From NCBI GenBank assembly GCA_035390665.1, contig DAOOUC010000002.1, positions 92,143-124,142 on the forward strand: a stretch of 32,000 nt of DNA. The letters are read 5' to 3'. Numbering within the stretch: position 1 is the first letter of the stretch; every line of letters begins with the position of its first letter. The position numbers and the translations under genes were made by a program. Positions 24,480 to 30,565 of the stretch are shown one piece after another. Origin of the DNA: an archaeon. Its GTDB lineage: Archaea > Iainarchaeota > Iainarchaeia > Iainarchaeales > CSSED10-239. Under the pieces are notes generated by a model, which did no database searches, was not told the DNA's origin, and saw nothing but the letters and a program-made list of their open reading frames with translations.

Positions 24480-24505
24480 TTTTTCGTCCTTTTTCTTTAA
24501 TTTTT
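24468..24505 (+). terminator. Stop-codon-spanning hairpin plus T-tract after ndk
   Basis: GACGAGAA (24468-24475) pairs with TTTTCGTC (24481-24488): 8 bp including one G-U. The loop contains the TAA stop (24477-24479). CTTTTTCTTTAATTTTT follows. Confidence 0.45.
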
Positions 24506-24717
24506 GATAAATGATAATAATTTCATTTGTTTTTGTAGTTGCCTGCAAAACAACAGCTTATTTGAAATCACAGTTCATGAAATTTGTTTCATGTTTGTAG
24601 AATTATAAATGAACCTGTTTTCATATTAAAAAAATAAAAAGCTTTATATATATAATGCTACACAATTATTATATAATATTTTTCCAAATGGGGAAGGAAA
24701 AGGTAAAACGGGGTGAA

Positions 24718-24795
24718 ATGAAAATGGTTGCAAAGAAAAAGCCTGCTGCAAAAAAAACAACAGCAAAGCCTAAAGCAAAAGCAAAGAAGAAGTAA
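24718..24795 (+). CDS. Micro-ORF encoding a Lys/Ala/Pro-rich polycationic peptide (MKMVAKKKPAAKKTTAKPKAKAKKK)
   Basis: Not in the ORF track (under 60 aa). An SD-like GGGGTGA (24710-24716) lies just upstream and is best spaced for the in-frame ATG at 24724. Further in-frame ATGs lie at 24688 and 24655. A TATA-like CTTTATATATATAA lies ~70 nt upstream, and a hairpin plus long T-tract sits directly at the stop. The start codon is uncertain. Confidence 0.45.
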   Translation: MKMVAKKKPAAKKTTAKPKAKAKKK

Positions 24796-24838
24796 ATCTT
24801 AGGTAACTAGATTTATTCTTTTTATTTTATTTTTTTTC
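24791..24838 (+). terminator. Stop-codon-spanning hairpin plus long T-tract after the Lys-rich micro-ORF
   Basis: AGTAAATCT (24791-24799, contains TAA 24793-24795) pairs with AGATTTATT (24809-24817): 9 bp including one G-U, with a 9-nt loop. CTTTTTATTTTATTTTTTTT follows. Confidence 0.4.
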
Positions 24839-24977
24839 TATTTCTATTTTTTCTAAATCTTTCTTAAGATATTATCTTTATGTACTTTTTTAAAAAAGTC
24901 AGGTTTTAAATCTTTCTTTTCATATATATATACAAATTAATTAATTTAATTTGAAATAACAAGAAAACAGTGAGACT

Positions 24978-25121
24978 ATGAAATACGAAACAAAGATGTG
25001 TCAATTTTGTAAAAATGTTACAAGACACAGAGTAGATGAAGAAACTGGCGAAGAAATTTGTTTAAAGTGTAATAATGAACCGCCAAAGGCAAAAGATTAT
25101 AGATTTAAAGGATTTAGATAA
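24978..25121 (+). CDS. Small zinc-ribbon protein, 47 aa (CxxC-x16-CxxC)
   Basis: Not in the ORF track. Translation: MKYETKMCQFCKNVTRHRVDEETGEEICLKCNNEPPKAKDYRFKGFR. It has its own A/T-rich promoter-like region (CATATATATATAC, ~24922-24934) and its own hairpin plus T-tract terminator. Four Cys lie in zinc-ribbon spacing. Confidence 0.55.
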   Translation: MKYETKMCQFCKNVTRHRVDEETGEEICLKCNNEPPKAKDYRFKGFR

Positions 25122-25143
25122 AGATCCTTTCTTTTTATTTTTT
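25107..25143 (+). terminator. Stop-codon-spanning hairpin plus T-tract after the zinc-ribbon micro-gene
   Basis: AAAGGATTT (25107-25115) pairs with AAGATCCTTT (25122-25130 core): 9 bp including one G-U. The loop and stem cover the TAA stop at 25119-25121. CTTTTTATTTTTT follows. Confidence 0.45.
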
Positions 25144-25257
25144 AATCACTCATCTTTACGGTTTTTCTTGATTTCATAAAAAAGCAAGTTTTTTAATATA
25201 TAGCGCCTTTATATTTTATTGTAATTATAAAAATTAAACTAGTAAATAGGTAAATCA

Positions 25258-25590
25258 ATGTCAGTCATACTTTGTAATAGACACAACTTTGAAGAGGAAG
25301 TGGTTGAATCAGATGTACCTGTGGTTATTTATTTTTGGGAAACTCTTTCTGGGCCATCAAGGGCTCTTAATTTAACTTTTGAAGAACTTAGTAATGAATA
25401 TAATAATAAGATTAAATTTCTTAAAATTAATAGTGAAGAAAACAAGCCAATTTCAACAATGTTTAATATTGATGAAGTGCCTTGTATTGTTATTATGAAA
25501 CGTGGTGGAGAAATGGGTAGAATTGTAGGATTTGAACCAAAACCTATTTTAAAACAAAAAATAGACCACATTCTTTCAAGATTAAGATAA
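25258..25590 (+). CDS. Thioredoxin-fold protein with cysteine-less active site (LSGPS instead of WCGPC)
   Basis: Thioredoxin-like layout: VVIYFWETLSGPSRALNLTFEELSNEY..KFLKINSEEN.. and the cis-Pro context DEVPCIVIMKRG. Both catalytic Cys positions are Ser (codons 25348-25350 and 25357-25359). Confidence 0.8.
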   Translation: MSVILCNRHNFEEEVVESDVPVVIYFWETLSGPSRALNLTFEELSNEYNNKIKFLKINSEENKPISTMFNIDEVPCIVIMKRGGEMGRIVGFEPKPILKQKIDHILSRLR

Positions 25591-25679
25591 AATTATTGTA
25601 GATAAATAATATGCAATCGTATATTAAAAATATACATTAAAACAAACTCTTTTTATATATAATCTAACATATATTATAT

Positions 25680-25922
25680 ATGCAATTAAGCAAATCAAAA
25701 CCACTTTCTTGGTATACAGAAATTTTTACAAGTGGTTATCTTAAATCTCATATATTTTCTACATTATTTATCTATGCAATTCTAGTAATTATCTTAATGG
25801 CATTAATAAACGAAATAAAGACATTTGAAATTTTATCTTTTGGTAAATTTATATTAAAAGTAATATTTTCAATAATTATAATATATTTAATCAAATTATT
25901 TTTTGAAAAATTTAATATTTAA
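25680..25922 (+). CDS. Small hypothetical membrane protein (2 predicted TM helices)
   Basis: An 80-codon ORF fills the gap between the Trx-like gene and tyrS. It has two hydrophobic stretches (IFSTLFIYAILVIILMALI and ILKVIFSIIIIYLIKLFF). I recognise no homology. Confidence 0.4.
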   Translation: MQLSKSKPLSWYTEIFTSGYLKSHIFSTLFIYAILVIILMALINEIKTFEILSFGKFILKVIFSIIIIYLIKLFFEKFNI

Positions 25923-25934
25923 GAAGGGAAAACC

Positions 25935-27029
25935 ATGACTCTAACAACAGAAGAAAGATTAAAACTAATTAAAGAAGTTTCTGAAGAAATTATTGGTGAA
26001 GTTGAATTAATTGAGCTTTTAAAATCTAATAAACCACTGATTGCTTATGATGGTTTTGAACCTTCAGGAAGAATTCATATTGCTCAAGGATTAATGAGAG
26101 CAATTAATGTTAATAAACTTTCTAAAGCAGGAATTCATTTTAAATTTTGGGTGGCTGACTGGTTTGCTTTAATGAATAATAAAATGGACGGAGATTTAGA
26201 AAAAATACAAACGGTTGGAAAATATTTTATAGAAGTTTGGAAAGCTTCAGGAATGGATATGAAAAATTGTGAGTTTTTGTGGGCTTCTGAGAATATGGAT
26301 CAAGAATATTGGTTAATGGTTTTAAAGATTGCAAGAATCAACACAGTTGCAAGAATAACAAGATGTTCTCAGATTATGGGCAGAACAGATAAAGATGAGC
26401 TTTCAGCAGCTCAAATTTTTTATCCTTGTATGCAAGCAGCAGACATTTGGAATCTTAAAGCAGATATAGCACAACTTGGAATGGATCAAAGAAAGGTAAA
26501 TGTTCTTGCAAGAGAAAGTTTTCCAAAACTCGGCCTTAAAAAACCAATAGCAATACATCATCACATGCTTATGGGTTTAACAGAACCAAAAACAGAAGGA
26601 TTAGAAGGAGCAGAAGCAGCAATAGCAAAAAAGATGTCTAAATCAAATCCAGATTCTGCAATTTTTATGACTGACACAACAGAAGAAATTAATAAAAAAT
26701 TTAAGAAGGCATATTGCCCAGAAGGAATTGTAGAAGACAATCCAGTATTAGAATATTGTAAATATATAATATTTGAAAAAATAAAAGACGGAACTTTAAA
26801 AGAATTTAAAGTAGAAAGACCTGAAAAGTTTGGAGGTAATGTTATCTATAAAGATTATTCTGAACTTGAAAAGGATTTTATAGAGAAGAAATTACATCCA
26901 ATGGATTTGAAAGCATCAAGTGCAAAGTATATTGATGAGCTTTTGGAACCAGTAAGAAAACATTTCCAAATAGATGAAAAAGCTAAAGAACTTTTGACAA
27001 AAGTTGAAAGTTATATTATTACAAAATAG
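25935..27029 (+). CDS. tyrS: Tyrosyl-tRNA synthetase (archaeal/eukaryal type)
   Basis: AYDGFEPSGRIHIAQG (HIGH-region equivalent), FWVADWFALMNNKM, IFYPCMQAADI, AQLGMDQRKV, and the KMSKS motif (AKKMSKSNPDSAIFM). Confidence 0.9.
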   Translation: MTLTTEERLKLIKEVSEEIIGEVELIELLKSNKPLIAYDGFEPSGRIHIAQGLMRAINVNKLSKAGIHFKFWVADWFALMNNKMDGDLEKIQTVGKYFIEVWKASGMDMKNCEFLWASENMDQEYWLMVLKIARINTVARITRCSQIMGRTDKDELSAAQIFYPCMQAADIWNLKADIAQLGMDQRKVNVLARESFPKLGLKKPIAIHHHMLMGLTEPKTEGLEGAEAAIAKKMSKSNPDSAIFMTDTTEEINKKFKKAYCPEGIVEDNPVLEYCKYIIFEKIKDGTLKEFKVERPEKFGGNVIYKDYSELEKDFIEKKLHPMDLKASSAKYIDELLEPVRKHFQIDEKAKELLTKVESYIITK

Positions 27030-27035
27030 ATAATT

Positions 27036-28724
27036 ATGTCAAACAACGATGCAATCAAACTGTTAATTTTAGAAAATGCCGTAAAATATAAAGGAACAGC
27101 AGATAAGAAGTTTGTGTTTGGTGGGGTATTAGCAAACCACCCAGAATATAGAACTAAACAACAAGAATTGCACGAAATCTTGGACAAGCTTATATCAGAA
27201 ATTAACTCTTTGGATTTAGACACTCAAAAACAAGAACTTGAAAAGTTAAATCCAAACTTTTTTGATAAAAAAGATAAAGTTGAACGTAACATTTTTGCTT
27301 TTCTAAATATAAAAAACGGAGATAAAGTCATAAGTGCTTTTCCACCAAGTCCAGAAAAGTATTATCACATAGGGCATGCAAAAGCAATTCTTCTTAATTA
27401 TCTTTTGTCTCAAAAATATAATGGAAAGTTCTATTTAAGATTTGAAGACACAAATCCAGAAAAGGTTTTGCCGGAGTTTTATACAATAATGCTTGAAGAC
27501 ATTGGTTGGCTTGGTGTTAAATGGGATCAGGTTCAATATGCTTCAGATCATATGGATTTATTTATATCTTGTGCAGAGAAATTAATTAAAGAAAACAAAG
27601 CTTACATGTGTTTCTGTAAACCAGAAGAAGCAAGTGATAAAAGAGCAAAAGGAGAAGATTGTTCTTGTAGAAATCACACCCTTGAAGAAAATTTAAAATT
27701 CTGGAATGAGTTTTCAAGTTATCCTGAAGGTAAAGCAGTTTTAAGATTAAAGATTGACATGAAACACAAGAATTACAGAATGAGAGATCCAACAATCTTT
27801 AGAAGAATAGATACAAAACACCCAAGAATAGGCGATAAATATAATATTTATCCAATGTATGATTTTCAAAATCCAATAATGGATGGTTATTTTAATATTA
27901 CTCATAGACTGAGAACAGTTGAGTTTGAGATGGCTAGTGAGTTACATCATTATATTAGAAATATTTTAGGTCTTTATGACACCTATACCTATGAGTTTTC
28001 AAGACTTAACTTTGAAGGAACAGAGTCAAGTGGAAGAGTAATTAGAGAAAAAGTAGAGTCTGGAGAATTGATTGGTTGGGATGATCCAAGTCTTCCAACT
28101 TTAAGGGCATTAAAAAGAAGAGGTTTTACCCCCCAAGCAATTACTCAAATGGTAATTGAAAGCGGGATAACAAAATCTTCTGGTTCTTTATTGACTTGGG
28201 ATACTTTAATAAAATATAATAAAAGAATATTAAACGACAGCTCAAAAAGATTCTTTTTTATTAAAGAACCGACAGAAATATTAATATCAGAAGACAAAAA
28301 TAAAGAATTTTTATTAGAGATGCATCCAAGTGTTTCTTTGGGTAAAAGAAATTTCAAATCAACAGGGAAATATTATCTTGAAAAAGAAGATGTTGATTCT
28401 TTTAAAGATGGAGTTTTAGTAAGATTAATGGATAATATTAATTTTATTTATACAAAAAAAATAAATAAATTCCATTCAGAGGATTATTTAAATTTTAAAA
28501 ATTTTAAAGAAGAGAAGAAGATTATTCACTTTCTTCCAGCAGATAAAAATCAATTGTTAACTGCAACAATCTTTATGCCTGATCATAGAATTATCAAAGG
28601 AATTGCAGAAAAGAATATTCAATCTTTAAAGGTTGGAGAGATTATTCAATTTGAAAGATTTGGATTCTGTAGATTGGATTCAATAACTGAAGAAAATGTT
28701 TATAACTTTTGGTTTACACATTAA
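27036..28724 (+). CDS. gltX: Glutamyl-tRNA synthetase (archaeal type)
   Basis: N-terminal LLILENAVKYKGTADKKFVFGGVLANHPEYR, as seen in archaeal GluRS. Catalytic core FPPSPEKYYHIGHAKAILLNYLLSQKYNGKFYLRFEDTNPE, YPMYDFQNPIMD, and HRLRTVEF. Confidence 0.9.
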   Translation: MSNNDAIKLLILENAVKYKGTADKKFVFGGVLANHPEYRTKQQELHEILDKLISEINSLDLDTQKQELEKLNPNFFDKKDKVERNIFAFLNIKNGDKVISAFPPSPEKYYHIGHAKAILLNYLLSQKYNGKFYLRFEDTNPEKVLPEFYTIMLEDIGWLGVKWDQVQYASDHMDLFISCAEKLIKENKAYMCFCKPEEASDKRAKGEDCSCRNHTLEENLKFWNEFSSYPEGKAVLRLKIDMKHKNYRMRDPTIFRRIDTKHPRIGDKYNIYPMYDFQNPIMDGYFNITHRLRTVEFEMASELHHYIRNILGLYDTYTYEFSRLNFEGTESSGRVIREKVESGELIGWDDPSLPTLRALKRRGFTPQAITQMVIESGITKSSGSLLTWDTLIKYNKRILNDSSKRFFFIKEPTEILISEDKNKEFLLEMHPSVSLGKRNFKSTGKYYLEKEDVDSFKDGVLVRLMDNINFIYTKKINKFHSEDYLNFKNFKEEKKIIHFLPADKNQLLTATIFMPDHRIIKGIAEKNIQSLKVGEIIQFERFGFCRLDSITEENVYNFWFTH

Positions 28725-28740
28725 AAAGGAGAAATAAAAG

Positions 28741-29304
28741 ATGTTACAAAAAATAAATGATGAAGTATATAAGATTGCATGTGATTCAAACATGTATTAC
28801 ATAAAACCATTAGAGCTTGTAATTGATACAGGTAATTTTCAAGAAAGAGCAATGGTTGAAAGAGAGTTGAAAAGTGTAGTTGATCCCGCAACCATAAAAA
28901 CAGTTATCTTTACTCATCTTCATTATGATCACATAGGTAACTTCAATATGTTTCCTAATGCCAAATTTTATGCGCATAAAGACGAAATTTCTTATTTTGA
29001 AATGAACAAAGAAGGAGCTGTATTAAATCCAGTAATTGTTAAGAAATTTACTCCAAAATTAATTAGTATTGCAAGATTAAAACTACCTAAAAGATATGAG
29101 ATTATTCACACACCCGGTCATACAGGTGGTTCAATATGTATCCTAGATAATGTAAAAAAAATTCTTTTCTCAGGAGACACACTTTTCTATGACGGTCATG
29201 GAAGAGTTGATCTTCCAAGTTCTGAAGCAAAAAAGATGGAAAAAACCTTAGATTTGATAGCAGATCTTGATTTTGAAACTCTTTGCCCAGGTCACGATTA
29301 TTAA
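28741..29304 (+). CDS. Metallo-beta-lactamase fold hydrolase (glyoxalase II-like size)
   Basis: FTHLHYDHIGN (HxHxDH), HTPGHTGGSICIL, SGDTLF, and a C-terminal PGHD. Confidence 0.8.
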   Translation: MLQKINDEVYKIACDSNMYYIKPLELVIDTGNFQERAMVERELKSVVDPATIKTVIFTHLHYDHIGNFNMFPNAKFYAHKDEISYFEMNKEGAVLNPVIVKKFTPKLISIARLKLPKRYEIIHTPGHTGGSICILDNVKKILFSGDTLFYDGHGRVDLPSSEAKKMEKTLDLIADLDFETLCPGHDY

Positions 29305-29316
29305 TTTTGAAAAATT

Positions 29317-29871
29317 ATGGAACAAGAGAAACATTCTTTTGAAACAATTGTTTTAAATAATGAAAAAGACGTTCTTGATTTCTATAAGCAAAATCCAACA
29401 AAATTTAGGCAAATCTATGATATCTTTGATAAAGAATTACATCTTGGTTCTCATCAAAAATTTCAGGAATGGGTAAAAGAGCTAGCAGCTGGTCCAAAGA
29501 CTACTTTTTTTCTAATTACTAATAATAAAGAAGTAATTGGAGCAATCTATGGATATGATGTTGTGTTAAAAAAGCATTTTGAGTTATCAATGGTTGGTAT
29601 AAAAAAAGAATATCAAGGAAAACTCTATGGCACAAAACTTATGGCAAAAGCAATGTCAATAATTTTTAGAAAAGGTTATGAAAAGATTGAAATGCTTGCT
29701 TTAGAGAAAACAAAAAGAATAAATTCTTATTTAACTGGAGAATTAGCAGATAAATTAGGAAAAAAAAGAAAATTTATATCAGATTTTGAATATAAATTAA
29801 CCACAGATCCTAAAAACACCTCTAAGCAAAAAATAACAAGGGTTTCAAAACCGAGAAGTTTTGCAAAATAA
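29317..29871 (+). CDS. GNAT-like acetyltransferase (tentative)
   Basis: MVGIKKEYQGKLYGTKLMAKAMSIIFRKGYEKIEMLAL resembles GNAT motif A (V.p.yrG.G.G..Ll). The rest is unassigned. Confidence 0.5.
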   Translation: MEQEKHSFETIVLNNEKDVLDFYKQNPTKFRQIYDIFDKELHLGSHQKFQEWVKELAAGPKTTFFLITNNKEVIGAIYGYDVVLKKHFELSMVGIKKEYQGKLYGTKLMAKAMSIIFRKGYEKIEMLALEKTKRINSYLTGELADKLGKKRKFISDFEYKLTTDPKNTSKQKITRVSKPRSFAK

Positions 29872-30507
29872 TTATTCAATAATAATCTTAAATTTTTTAA
29901 GTTCTTTTTTTAGTTTGGTATAGTCTCCGGTAAAATGTATGGCATTAATTCCAAGTTCTAATGCAGGATATACATCATCAAATGGGTTGTCACCAATCAT
30001 TATAATTTCAGAAGGGTTTGATACTCCAGATATTCTTTGCATTTCTAAATATAATATTGGATCTGGTTTAATGGTTCCAAGCTCGTATGAAAATAAAGGA
30101 TAATCAATATATTTTAGCAATTTGGTTTCTTTTTCTAAAACACCTCTAATAAACACAGAACTATTAGTAATTATCCCAATTTTTATTTTTTGTTTTTTTA
30201 ATTGTGTAATTAATGGAATAACAAAATCATAAAGCACAATATGTGTTTCTGCTTTTCCTCTTATGGAAATAATCTTAAGTACATTTCCTTTTGTGGGGTT
30301 AATACCAAGCTCTCTAAGTAGTTCAGAATATGCATCATATTCCGTTTCCCAAACTTTTGTCTGTACAACTCTTTCAAATATTTTAATTACTTCTTCGTGT
30401 GGTCTTTTAATCTTAAATGCTTTTTCAATTTCTCTTATGGCGCTACTTGTGTATGATTTTCTATAGCAAAGAGTGTTCCATAAATCAAATATTATAAGTT
30501 TAATCAT
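29872..30507 (-). CDS. HAD-superfamily hydrolase (subfamily IA-like)
   Basis: Motif I is IIFDLWNTL (D-x-W, not D-x-D). Motif II is IITNSS. Motif IV is MIGDNPFDDV. Its stop abuts the stop of the convergent GNAT-like gene with no spacer. Confidence 0.8.
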   Translation of the reverse strand: MIKLIIFDLWNTLCYRKSYTSSAIREIEKAFKIKRPHEEVIKIFERVVQTKVWETEYDAYSELLRELGINPTKGNVLKIISIRGKAETHIVLYDFVIPLITQLKKQKIKIGIITNSSVFIRGVLEKETKLLKYIDYPLFSYELGTIKPDPILYLEMQRISGVSNPSEIIMIGDNPFDDVYPALELGINAIHFTGDYTKLKKELKKFKIIIE

Positions 30508-30523
30508 AGAAACAATTAAACAA

Positions 30524-30562
30524 CCTAAATATTTTTAAATGATTCTAATGCTAATATTTAGG
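30524..30562. promoter_or_regulatory. Perfect 10-bp inverted repeat (CCTAAATATT-N19-AATATTTAGG) in the divergent HAD / P-type ATPase promoter region
   Basis: The left arm (30524-30533) and right arm (30553-30562) are exact reverse complements. The right arm ends 3 nt before ATG 30566. Confidence 0.4.
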
Positions 30563-30565
30563 AAT

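Noticed and set aside
24511-24600. 29-codon hydrophobic ORF (MIIISFVFVVACKTTAYLKSQFMKFVSCL) downstream of ndk.
   Set aside because: It has no SD or promoter-like context, starts inside the ndk terminator T-tract, and has a composition typical of random AT-rich frames. The CATGAAA-TTTG-TTTCATG hairpin inside it (24576-24593) is noted but unexplained.
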